Positions 27,157 to 42,300 of a stretch of 64,000 nucleotides of DNA are shown here, piece by piece. The DNA comes from Guillardia theta CCMP2712 (taxonomy: Eukaryota > Protista > Cryptophyta): positions 315,086 through 379,085 of the forward strand of contig NW_005434591.1 of assembly GCF_000315625.1 (NCBI RefSeq), given 5' to 3'. A program made the translations under genes and the position numbers. Below the pieces are notes generated by a model. That model was given only the letters and a program-made list of their open reading frames with translations. It was not told the origin of the DNA and did not search any database. How positions within the stretch are numbered: the stretch's first letter is position 1; each line of letters begins with the position of its first letter.

Positions 27157-27357
27157 TCCTCTCCTCTCCTCTCCTCTCCTCTCCTCTCCTCTCCTCTCCT
27201 CTCCTCTCCTCTCCTCTCCTCTCCTCTCCTCTCCTCTCCTCTCCTCTCCTCTCCTCTCCTCTCCTCTCCTCTCCTCTCCTCTCCTCCCCTCCCCTCCCCT
27301 CCCCTCCCCTCCTCCCCTCCTCCTCTCCTCTCCTCTCCTCTCCTCTCCTCTCCTCTC
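27157..27357 (+). repeat. (CTCCT)n microsatellite
   Basis: Direct reading. Confidence 0.95.
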
Positions 27358-27616
27358 CACTTGCTCTGAACTCGATGCGCTCTTTCAAGCAGCTCGGTTC
27401 CAAGTAGCGGTACAGGTGACTCTCGTAGTTCTTCTGTCTTGCGCTATGAATTGAGATTGAAATAGTTTATCAAGTGCCTCAAAGTAATTCCTATGTAAAT
27501 GATTGAGGCGGGCTTTAATTATCTACCCTGAGACCTTTGGGCTAAAATAGTTTACTTGTCAAACGCTTCTTGACGAGGAGGTAGAGGGCGAAAGGAGCGA
27601 GTGAGGCAAGAGGAGT

Positions 27617-27790
27617 GAGGAGAGGAGAGGAGAGGAGAGGAGAGGAGAGGAGAGGAGAGGAGAGGAGAGGAGAGGAGAGGAGAGGAGAGGAGAGGAGAGG
27701 AGAGGAGAGGAGAGGAGAGGAGAGGAGAGGAGAGGAGAGGAGAGGAGAGGAGAGGAGAGGAGAGGAGAGGAGAGGAGAGGAGAGGAGAGG
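27617..27790 (+). repeat. (GAGGA)n microsatellite, reverse complement of the 27157-27357 tract
   Basis: Direct reading. Confidence 0.95.
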
Positions 27791-27972
27791 AGGAGGAAAA
27801 GGACAGATGGAGTCAGTGAAGGTGTGATAAAGTGAAGAGAGTTTTAGAGACGGATGAATAGGATGTCTTTGCCCAAAACATTGCATGCAGTGAGAGTTTG
27901 CGCGAGTTAGGAGGGGAAGGTGAGTATACGTAGACGGATAGGCATTGGAGGACGAAGCAACTGCAAAGAAAG

Positions 27973-30040
27973 ATGACCATGAGATCGGATGTACTGCTAC
28001 CAATGCTTGCTGTAACAATGCACCTGCTCGTCGGAGCACAGTACGTGTCAGGAACAGGGTTGTGCGACCCTTGTCCGAGGGACTCGAATCAAACTTGTGT
28101 GTGTCCTCTCGACCAGCTCCTCCTCGATGGCTTGTGCTGCGACTGCAGCTCCTCCTCAACAGCCATGCTCCAGCCTGCCCTGGAGGTCCAGGGACAAGGC
28201 AACAACATCTCTCTTGTCATCAGCGTTTGGAACGTCTCCAACCATCCGGCAGTCAAGTGCGGAGGAAGTGACGCCTTGTGCGAGCCCTTCAGCGTCTTCT
28301 ACACGCTTGACGGCAGCACACCGCAAGCCAGCAGCTTCATCGCATGCGCGGATGGAGGATGGCAGGGCGATAGATGCATGAGTACCTGGCAAGACGTGAC
28401 GCTCAGGATGTGGGCCAGTGTGACTCTACGAGTGATTGTGATCAAGCAGGTAAGTTGCTATGTGCTCCTGCTCCTGCTCCTCTCTCCCTCCTACTCTCCC
28501 TCTTCCGCTTCCTCTGTGCTGAGCTGATTGAAGGGGCTGAATCCGGACACGTGCATGGCGTATGACTTCACGAGTAGAAGAACCTGCGACTCGCCATGGG
28601 AGAAGACGGTGAAGAAATTAGGAGGTTGAGCGTTCAGTGACTTGACCACAGCAAGACATCGCATTGAGCATCGAGAGTCCGTTGATCGCTGTCAACCAAT
28701 CGTCCGACGGGTTTGGTCCCAAGTTGGTGACCATAAGGTGACATGTATCTGTATGCTCGCATGCGCTGACCTAGCTTGTCCCTCCAGCACCAACATCCCT
28801 CATGAGGAGCTGGCGAGATTCAATGTGAGGGAGTTCTTGTTTGAGCTTGTGCTAACATTCTACCCCAAGCTCGCTATCAAGTACAAAATTTGCGACAGAC
28901 AGATCCTACAAGACAACGAGCTCGATTGCCGTACCAGCACGGACGATACTATTTACTCCCTCGACATGGTTCGTGTGGCTGATTGGTTGCTTCTCCCATG
29001 ATCTCCTCTCAGGAATTCATTGACGTCATGGTATGGAAGAAGCGCATTCAATGGACTTCGTATACAGTGAGTGCTTTGAGGAGGCGGGCTCGGGTAACGT
29101 CTCATGCGACTGCAGGAGCCGTTCAGGTTGACATCAACCGCGACAGTCTTGACCTTCATTGCGCATCAGGGCGGCTATGGCAGCTCAAGTGAGAAGCTCG
29201 TTCCTGCCAAGTCTTTATCGCACTGACTTGTCTTGTCTTGTCTTGTCTTGTCTTGTCTTGTCTTGTCTTGTCTTGTCTTGTCTTGTCTTGTCTTGTCTTG
29301 TCTTGTTGTATCTTGTCTGGCCTGGCCTGGTCTGCTCTTGTCGTGCAGTCTCCTCGCAAGTTGTTATCGTTCGCAACCTCGTCATATCCGACCCTCCTCC
29401 TGCTCGTCCGCTACCCCTTGGCTCCATCATATCCTTAACTTGCCAAGATCCACACACCAAGTTCTTTGAGTTCTCCATGCACACTCGTTCTGTGGCATCT
29501 TCCAGCTCAATCTCCAACAAGGTGGGAGGATGGTGGGAAGTTTGCGCTCCTCCTCACCTCTCCGTCAAGGCTATGCAGACCGTCGACTGCGTGCCCGGCG
29601 CGACCCCTCGGGTTGAGTTTCCGTTACCCTTCGTCGCGGATATGAACCTCACAGTCAAGGCGACGGATGCCCAGGGGAACGAGGTCTGTTGACTTGTTCT
29701 TTCTCACCCAACAGGTTTGATGGTCTTGATGACAGACGTGCGAGCAAACATTCTTCGAGTTCAAAAGTCCGGCGATCCAAGACAGGAACAACGACTTTTG
29801 TCCTCCCTTCTCGTCGTCAGTCAGATCGGCTCTCGTGTCTGAGTTCCAGGTGGAGTCCAGGAGGCGCGGGTCTTGCCAGGTAGACATTCTTGTGACGACT
29901 TTCTTCTCAGCAAGTGGGCAAGAGCCTTGAGAGCCTGAGAGGAGAAAACGACGTCAGATCCTTCATACAGGTGAATGGCTGCTGGAGGAGACGTCGATAA
30001 CCTGTTGGACAGGTTATGATCCGCAAGCAGATCTTGAATG
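27973..30040 (+). CDS. Secreted hypothetical protein with an Fn3-associated/chitobiase-like motif, multi-exon
   Basis: Signal peptide MRSDVLLPMLAVTMHLLVGA, Cys-rich N-terminus and VFYTLDGSTP motif. The 3' end is approximate. Confidence 0.5.
29226..29305 (+). repeat. (TCTTG)n intronic microsatellite
   Basis: Direct reading. Confidence 0.95.
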
Positions 30041-30224
30041 AGACGCAAGGCTGCGAGCTGCTGCAGTTGAGAGGGTTCAGATGTTGGTAAGCTCGTTGTT
30101 AACAACAAACACTTGCGAAACATGCGGACAATATGCACAGACATGCCAGCGAAGGGAATGCTTCAAAGTTTATCGCGTTGATTTCAATTTCTATCTTATT
30201 CGCGTCTCTCGTCTGAGGACAAAA

Positions 30225-32217
<1,993 letters not shown>

Positions 32218-32450
32218 TTCGTTCTGTAGTGACTTGGTTCAGCTATGATAACACTCACACGTACATGCATGGATATGATAATTGGTTTCAACTCGAGGAT
32301 TACTATTCTTGTCCCCTGCTTCTCCTCATAACTGTATTTTCCTGTCTCCTTCCATTCCCCACATCTCTTGCACTTTACCTCCTCACTCCATCCTCCTTCT
32401 TCATGCGCTCTCACCGTCCCCTCATTTCATCCTCTTTTCTTTTCACATGA

Positions 32451-33080
<630 letters not shown>

Positions 33081-33446
33081 TGACTTCTTCTCACCCCCTT
33101 TTGTTAGCAAAGTACCCCTTATTTGATTTGATATTTCACCCTACCCTATTCCCCACCCACCCATAGGAGAATACCAATATTTGACCACCCCTTGAATGCA
33201 CAGCAACCACCCCTTGCCATACTACAAGGCTGAAAGCTCCGAAAGGCTCCGACAGATCACAATGGTAGGACGGCGAGTGGGAGGGGGACGAGGAGGGGGA
33301 GGAGAGGGCACAGGGGCGAGGACAGGAGCGAACGAAGAAGAGAAGACTAGAGGAGCAAGTGACAGATTGCCTGCAGGAGACCAGAGAATGAATCGCTGGC
33401 TGATACAACTTACATCTCTCTTCGTTCTTTTCGCACGAAATTGTAT

Positions 33447-36332
33447 ATGATGCGGTTTTCGCAAGCAAAGCTTCTCAATTCATCGCAGACGCTCAGATTA
33501 TCTTGCTGTCTCCTAGCAACCATTCCAGTCACGTGGATGGTCGGCTTGAAATCAATTGGGAGGTATGGAGTGTGCATGTTTGAATGATTACGATGATACC
33601 CATCACAGATACATCATCCTCCCTTTCCTGGCGATCTCAGCATTTATCACGACTCAGAGCTCGTCGCTTTGATTCGTGTAACTTTATGCCGCTTCTTCTT
33701 CTCTCCTCTCACCTGGGGAGTCGCAGCACCCGACTGAGCGTGGCAGCCTTCACATTTTGGGGTCAAGTCACGGGAAGCATCAGATCCGAGCTGTTCTCAT
33801 GCCCGTCGACGACGAGACGAGGCAAGTGAACATCAGGCTGTCATCTCTGACGCCAGACAAGGTCATGGACTCGTACCATCACATATTACAGTGTCAACAA
33901 CGACCACGGAGAGTGGTTGGAGGGGGTCGGGTCGCTCAGAGATGTGATGGTTGCTCTCTTTATCTTCCGTTGTGAAGGTTGTTCAACAGTGCCCGTTGCG
34001 ACAAACCAGCTTGCTCAAGGTTCTTGATGATAAAATCGCGCAAGTTAGTTGGATTCTTGCTCCATCCGCCTCCTTCTGACGAGTATGATTGCAGCAAGAG
34101 CGAAGGCTTGATGAAATAAAAGCTAAGATCCTTCAAGTGTGTGGGTCAAGGTCTCCATGTAACGCACAGCTGATCATGATACTGACGGTCTATACCATCA
34201 CAGACCATTTGGGCATGGCAAGACAGATTCAGAGTGCGAACATGATGCTCGCAACTGCTCTAGGACGTGTTGCAAGTAGACTGTCAGATTGCAAGGCAAA
34301 CCATGACGATAAGTTGTGACAGGGTTTCCGGTACCTGCAGCAAGCAGAGCAGCACAATCGAGGAGCAGGAGCTGGTTGTTGCTCTTCACTCCAGCAGCTC
34401 CTGACCCCTCTGAACTCTTTTGCCAGCTCAACAACTACAGGATCGTAGAATTGTTGCACAGGTAATCCGTTCACTCAAGTCTTGCTTGACTAGCTCAGAG
34501 GATTCCACTCGCGCGAGCACTCGCTGTGGACGGCAGAGGACATGAAGTCAGACGCGTCCGCGAGCATCATATGGCACGGGAAGTAAGCTAGCTCGACTGA
34601 CCTCCATGTCTCTCATCTGGAACGACAGCCAGTTCATGGGGATGGAATCTGATTTTATTGAGCACTTCCTGGGAGGACTTTATAGGTCAGAGCGATTGTT
34701 GACCCCTGTCTTGGCGATGTCTGATCCAGAATTCTTCTGACAAACAAGATCTTCTATCAATGACACGAACTTCAATACCTTCGCTCCCAACGCAATCATC
34801 GTAGTGCAGGTGTTGGACCCTTGCTTGTTTCACCGGTTGTTCATGAGCAGCAGGAGACTTTTCCGGTTGTTGGCAAGCGAGAGTTTTGGGAGCCATTCGT
34901 AAGTTATCTGAAAGAGTTTAAAGTAGGCTCTTGAGATTATACGATGTGATAGTGATAAGCGAGCTCAGGCAATGGAGTTTTCTGTATCAGTGTTTCTTAC
35001 AAGTGACGAGAAGTATCTGGCGCCCTTCGATTGGGTCGACGACGTTGACCTCTACCTCCGAAACTGCTGGCATCCAGGTACTCTTCCCATCCCCTACATC
35101 CGGCTGGACTGATCACCAGCTGCTCCAGCGCTGGAGGAGATGAGAGAAAAAGTTGTCGCCCTTCCGTTCGGCTTCAAGTCAGGGTTCTACCTCCCGTAAG
35201 GCGTTGGATGCCCCACGACAAAGCTTTTGACTCTTTTTTATCCTCTGAGCTAGCTCCGAGCTGAGAAGACTGGGATCGGTCTCGCCCTCGTCTTGCAGGG
35301 GAATCTTGGGTAGGAAGTTTGTTTGGAACTTCATTGGGAATGCGAACTGCTCGACGTCACGTGAGAAGCTGGTGGAGGAGGTGAAGGCTAAAGCAGCTGG
35401 AGTGTTTGCTCTGATTTCCCTGCCTGTACCTTCATCAGATCTTCAAGCATGGAAAACCCCGCGAGCTCCAGGGGTTTTTGCATCTCACCCACACCTTCGA
35501 CGACCCTTTTCACGGCCTCGGAGTGCAGCAGTACCGGAGAGTCTTGGAGGATAGCGCCTTCACCTTCTGCCCCGAGGTCTCTCCTCCCCTTCCCGCCCCT
35601 TGGCTGACGGAGGAGGCAGGGAGTGCACGTGGAGAGCTACAGACTGACGGAGGCGATCGAGGTCAGCGAGATGTTGTGGGTGCTGGCGTGCTGTGATGGT
35701 GCGAGCAGAGCGGGTCAGTCCCGATAGTGACATGCAACTACTACTTCGACGTCTGCTCCTCCTCCTCTCCTCCCTTCTCTCATGCTGTCCTGCAGGGTCT
35801 CTTTGGAGATGCGCACGTCTTGCCGTGCGTCAACGACTGGTGAGTCTAGTGGGTGTTGCAGCGAGGTGAAAAAATGTAGGTCATGGGAGGAGCTTCAGGC
35901 GGTGATGGAGTCAGTCAAGCAGGTTTTTGCTTCCCCTTCCTCCCCTGCCCGTGTGTGAAGAGCTTGGTAGAGACTAGCAGGCGACCCCTGCTACCTGCAG
36001 TCTTGGTGGCACTCATGGAAGTTGTCGAAGAAGCGATGTAAGTGATCCTTGCTTATCTTGTGTCTCATATCTTGTGTGTCATAGTTTCCTCTCCCCGTTC
36101 CTCTGTACTATCCCTTTCACTTCGCATTGTGTCTTTCTCCTGTCCTCCTCTCCTTCGCCTTTATGCTCTTCTCTTCTTCCCTATCCTCTGCTTCGACTAT
36201 TCATTGCTTTTCATCTCTCCTTGGTTCCTTTCCTTGCCTCCTCTCATGATTTCCCAATCTTCCCTCAAATCTTCGTTGATGTTTTCAGCAGTCCTGCAGG
36301 AGAAGCTAGCAAGGAGAGGAAGAGTTGACTGA
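33447..36332 (+). CDS. Exostosin/GT47-family glycosyltransferase-like protein (RXYLT1-like), many short exons
   Basis: LPFGFKSGF, RKFVWNFIGNANCSTSREKL, YRRVLEDSAFTFCPE, ESYRLTEAIE, GSVPIV. Confidence 0.7.
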
Positions 36333-36390
36333 GATTTAATGTACATGAGTTTTGTGAGACATGCAAGTCCTGATACGATCTTGACTTCCC

Positions 36391-39300
36391 TCACACTTGG
36401 CACAAGAGGTTCTTAGCAAGGATCTCGTTTCCCCCTGCGTCTGACATGATCGCGAAGTCACCGTATGACGTGGATCGGACTCGTCCGGGAATCGGGCTCC
36501 ATGAGGAGGACACGTTGAGTTTGACGTCTCTCAGCTCGCCGCTCAGCAGGTCAATCACCCGAAGGTCTCGCCCGAAGTTGTCCAGCACGAGGAGCCCAGC
36601 TCGACTTGAGTTGAGGCACCTGCTGCCGAGGGCCCTCCAGAAGCTGACGCCAGCAGGATGGTTGACAGGGGAGGACGTGTTGAGCGTGGAGACTTCCAAG
36701 GATGTCAAGTTGAGCTTCCTAACCCTGCTGGCCTGGAACTCGATGACGAAAGCTGCTCCCTCCTCCTCCCAGACCGTCAGATCCCATGGGTTGGTAAACT
36801 GCGCTATCAACCCCACCCCATCCTGAAGCCCAGCGATGCCGGAGCCTGCGAGGGTGGTCACTGTGTTCTTCGACAGGTCAATCATGCGGACGGAGTGCCC
36901 GGAGAACTCAGCGACGAGCAGCTTGCTCCCCTGTGACGTCAGCGCGAGACTACAGGGGCCCGCAAAGGTGGCGGCAGCGGTGGAGCCATCCAGCTGACCG
37001 AAGGCCCCGGAGCCGGCGATCGTCGATACGGAGCAAGAAGACAAGTTGAGGCTCCTGATGCGGTTGTTCCAGAAGTCTGCGATCAAGACCAAGCTCTTGT
37101 CGATCCCCCAAACTACATCGATTGGCCCATCAAATTTTGCCATGGCGCAGGTTCCGTCCTCATACCCTGACCCGGATGTCCCGGCGACTGTTGTCACTTG
37201 CAGTAGGGGCACGAAGAGCAAGCGGATCAAGCTGTTCAAGTAGTCGGCGATGACGACATACTGGCTGTCAGCACTGACTGAAATTCCGACAGGATTGGAG
37301 AAGCTCGTGTCATTCCCGGCGCCGTCTTGAGAGCCTGTCCGATGGTTGCCCGCGAGAAGTGTCTGGAAGCCTTGACTGAAGCACGAGCTTCCTCCAGGAA
37401 GCGACCAAGTCCCTTGGTTACACTGCGAGCACAACGACTGTCCCAGGCTGTCGCTAAACGTGCCTGACGAACATGCTTGACACGCTGTTTGAGCGTAAGA
37501 GCCAGCAAAGAAGCCGGCTTGACACGCCGAGCATGCCTCAGGGCCCTGAGAGTCTCGGTAGCTGCCAGGGGAGCAAGGCATGCAGAATCCTGAGGCGTTG
37601 GACTGAGCGGAGAAGTTTGACTCATAACCTGAGATGCAAGTGCACGACGAGCGGCTCTCAGTTGATATCATCCCCGCCGGACAAGCTTGGCAAGCCGAGC
37701 TGCCTATGGCACCCTTGTAAGTGCCATCTGGACATTTGACGCAGACCAAGGAGTCAGCTGGGAGGATTTGACCCTCAAAGCCGATCGGGCAGGTGCACGA
37801 AGTTCTTGCCGCGTTCGCGATTTTGCCGGTCTCACACTCGGCACAGGACGCGTTTCCCCAGTCAGACTTGTACTGTGTGCCATTGCAGAGCGAGCAGTTG
37901 GGAAAGTCCTGAAACCCAGCGTCGCAAGCGCAGGCGTACAAGGACGTGCTTCCTGGCATCGAAGAAGCATTCATTGGGCACCTTTCACAGGCATGGTTTC
38001 CGATTCCATCCTTATATGTCCCCGTAGGACACGGGAGGCAAAGCATAGCGTCGGGATCAAAAGAGAATCCGGGAGCACAAAGACATTCGCGATAGCCCGG
38101 GGAGCTGCTGGAGTTGGCAGGGCAGGCAAGGCAAGAAGACGCTCCCGTGCTGTTGATGTAGGAGGAGTTGGGACAAGTCATGCACGATGAGGCGCCTGCC
38201 GCGTCTTGGAACGAGCCCGCCTCACATGGCGTGCAGCTCAAGCTGCCTTCACTAGCTGAATAACTTCCTTCCCTGCAGATATCGCACGAGCTTGAATCGA
38301 TGTGTCTAAAGCCTTGCTTACACTTGCAGTCAAGCTCACTAGTACTCGCCGCATTCGAAGTCATGTTCTCGGGGCAACTAAGACACAAGCCAGATCCATT
38401 CATCGGCTTGAACTTCCCGGACGGACAAGCATAACATACAAGCATGGGACCTGCCTGACCTGATCCCGAAGAATTGTTGCTCCATAACTCCTCTCCCGAG
38501 CTGTTTGAGCCGTTTGAGCTGTTTGAGCTGTTTGAGATGTTGTTGGTGCTGTTGTTGCCTACGACTTCTAGAGAGCTGTTTGAGCTGTTTGAGCTGTTTG
38601 AGATGTTGTTGGTGCTGTTGGTGCCTACGACTTCTAGAGAGCTGTTTGAGCTGTTGTTGGTGCTGTTATTCGAGCCAGCTTCGATGGCCATGGTACTGTT
38701 GCCTGTTAAGAGACTCGTGTTATTGAAGCAACAACAAGGCAGCAGGAACAACTACCTGGATTGGGGTTGTCGGTGTATCCCATGTCGCAGATGCAATCGG
38801 TGTAGTTGGTGCTCGCTTGGAGGGACGTGGAGCCGGAGGGGCAGAGCTCACATTCCTCGAGTCGACCTCTGGTCCAGCTGTACTTCCCCTTCTCACATGG
38901 CAAACAGCTCTCACTCCCATTGTTGGGCTTGTAGTATCCTGGTTGACACGCAACGCACCCTCCCGACGGCTCACTTTCATAACCTGCTATGCACACGCAT
39001 GCGCTCAAGTCAGCGCTGCCAGGAAGGGAGGTTTGGTTTGCCCTCGGACACGCAAGACATTGCGAAGGGCTGGAAGCAGCAGTGCCAGGACCATACTGTC
39101 CAGCGGCACAAAGTTGACAAGGCAGAGAGCCGTTAGACTCCTTGTATGTGCCAGCAGGGCATTGGACGCACGAGTCATTCAACCCGTAGAAGCCTGGCAA
39201 GCAGAAACATTGCTGGATACCCGTGCTTCCTGCCTCAGAAAGACTGTTGTCCATACAGTCCGTGCACTTAACAGCTGCGACGCTATTTCCATACTTTCCA

Positions 39301-42300
39301 GGGGGGCAGAGTAGACACTCCCCTTCTCCTACACTCCCCTTGTAGCTGCCAGCACTGCAAGCTGAACAAGACATGCCATCAGGACTGTAGCCTGCCAGAC
39401 AGACGCAGTATCGACGATCGAGAGAGGAGGTCATGTTTTCTGAACAGTTGAGACAAGCGATGGCTCCTGAGACGTTGACGTAGGAGAAATTCGAGCACTG
39501 AAGACATGAAGAGGCTCCGTCAGCATCTTGAAACGAGCCAGGGTCACAGCTCTGACAAGTGAGACTACCAGCAAGGGAAGCGAAGGAGCCTCGAGGGCAG
39601 GGAAAGCATTCCTCCTTGCCTGTGCTGTTCTTGAACTTCCCTGCCTCGCACAGGCTGCATGAGTTGTCGCTCGCGTTGATTTGATACCCAGCAACACACT
39701 GACATTGTTGAAGGTCACTGGCTCCAGCCGTTGACTCGGCATTGGCCGGGCATTGCGAACAGGTCGAGACTCCATGCTGAGAGTTTGTGTTGCTGAAATG
39801 ATTCGGAGGGCAGAGAGCGCAGGCAGAAGCAGCGCTGAGATTGGAGAAGCTGCCGTTGGGACAGAAGCTGCATTGAAAGTTCCCTACGTCCGCCTTGTAC
39901 TTGCCGGCTGTGCAGGCGATGCAGGAGCCTTGGATGGACTCGTGTCCAACGTCACAGAGGCAGAGGGTCGATTTCTCCGAGAGGGTCGTCGCATGTTCCG
40001 GGCATGCGAGACAAGAGGAGCTGTTTGAAGCGTCGCTATAGGTTGAGTTTGGACATGGAGTGCAGGGATCTGTGCCGACGCTGCTCTTGAAGGTCCCGGG
40101 CAAGCATGCAGTACAATTCGTTCCATTCAGCTCATATCCAGCTTGGCACGAGCAGTTGCCAGCAGAAGAGCTTCCAGCTTGCGACGACACATGTGCTCCG
40201 GTGCATTCAGAACAGAAGGATGCCCCGAGATCTTCGTTGTATGTCCCAGCAGGGCATGCCTGGCATGGAAAATTTCCAGCAGAGCTCTTGGAGAAGCCGG
40301 CAGAGCAAGGCGCACACTTTTGATCGTCACCTTTGGAGAAACCAGCTGCACAGGTACAGTTGTCTACAGACACACTAGCATTCAATGAGGTTGAGTTGGC
40401 CGGACATTCTACACATTCTTCATCACCTTGACTCTTGTAAGTACCAACTGGGCATGCAACGCAGTCGCTGGATGACGAGGATTCGGTAAGGGTGTGAAAC
40501 TTTCCTGGAGGGCATCTGATACAAGTTGTGGATCCGAGAGCCTCGGAGAATTTCCCTTGGCCGCATGGCAGACAGATCGACGAGTTGGTGCTGTTTGAAG
40601 TGAAGGTGTAGAACCCGGCTTTGCAGTTACACTGACCTGACCCCGGAGAGGAGGACCGATCGCTAGCACAATCGTCGCAGACAGAAGCTCCAGCACTTGT
40701 ACTGAACGTCCCAGCCACACAGGGAGTGCAGGAATACGCACCGGAGGCAGACAAGTTACTGTACTTGCCTGCTTCACATGCTGTGCACTCTTGCGATCCA
40801 TTCACAGGTTTGAAGGTTCCTGGAGGACAAGCACTGCAGTTCTGAGAAGCAAGCCCTGTGTATCCGGCAGAGCACACGCAGCTTTCAATCGCCTTGCTGC
40901 CTGGGACAGAGAATGAGTTCAGCGGACAAGCGACGCAGCGGGAGGAGGATGAAGAGGCTGTCTGACTGTTGTAAGTTCCTGCAGGGCACTGACTGCAGAC
41001 ACCCATGTCGAGACCCTCTTTGAACGTGCCTGGCTGGCATGCCATGCAGAAACCTGAGACATTACTTGTAAATCCAGGGGCACACAAGCAGTCTGCTGCC
41101 ATTCTTGAGCCCTCATCGCTTGTGTTTTGATTCGAACCACAAGCAAGACAGTCGGAGTCATCCGCTGACCATTTGTAGAATCCCTTGGGACAGAACATGC
41201 AAGTAGAGTTAGCGACGCCTTGCATTTCTCGTTGCCTTCCACTCCCGCAAGTCTCTAAGTGGGTCAGTGTCACAAGCGAGACATTTTCGCGGTCTAGTTC
41301 TGCTGAGAGACTGGCGTCAACTCGACCCGCATACGTTGAAGAGAAGTATCTTGGAACGAGAACAGAGAACGAAACATTCCTTTGCGAGTCAGATGCCGGC
41401 GATGCCATCCAATTTGTGAACATGTTCGACGACAAATCCCCTAGGCTGAGCAAAATTCTCTGAAACAAGAATTCCAAACCCGCATAGTTGACATCTTGGC
41501 CCAACGTCACCTTGTACTGAAGTTCCACGATGTCATTTGTACAGGCTGACCTTCCGCCTATCGCGTAAAAGTTCTCCTGGCAGGCTGTACAAAATGAAGA
41601 ACCTTCAAGACTGAACGAGCCAGGAGGGCATGTAGAGCAATTCTCCAACGAGCCTATGCTTTCCTTATACTTGCCCGCACCGCATGCTTGGCATCGCCCA
41701 TCGTCCTGCCGCAGGAATCCTCTCTTGCAGTCACAGGCACTGGCCGTGAGGGAGCCGAAGGGGCTGGTTCCATTAAATTGATCGCATGACTCGCAGACTC
41801 CATTGCCGCCCCCGTAGAAACCAGAGAAACAAACACAAAAGAAGGAGCCTGAGACAACAACGTCAGCTCACTGCCGTCTCGCTCCTAGACTACCTAAGGT
41901 GTTGTAGCAGAACGCGTCCTCTCCACATGGAGACTTTTCACACTCGTCAATATCCGAGCACAAGAACGAATCGCTTGTGCAGTAGCTGATAAACAAACTG
42001 CGATCAATTTGGGCATAGATCAACCTTAAATCACCTTTCAAACAGGCCTACAACAGGGTGACTGGCCATGTTGAGATTGGTCTGGTTGCCAAGTATGAAA
42101 ATGTTTTCCAACTCCGCATCCGTCAAGGACATATTGTAGATGTTCAAGTCCTGCATGGTATGGTGAGCCAAATCTCGTTAGATCCTCTCCTACCTTGATT
42201 TCTCCTACAAAGGATTGGGAGCCATCGAATGCATTTCCAACAATACTCCTTGTTCTGCGGACAGTCCTTGGCAATATCTGCTCAAGAAAGTCAAGGGAAA

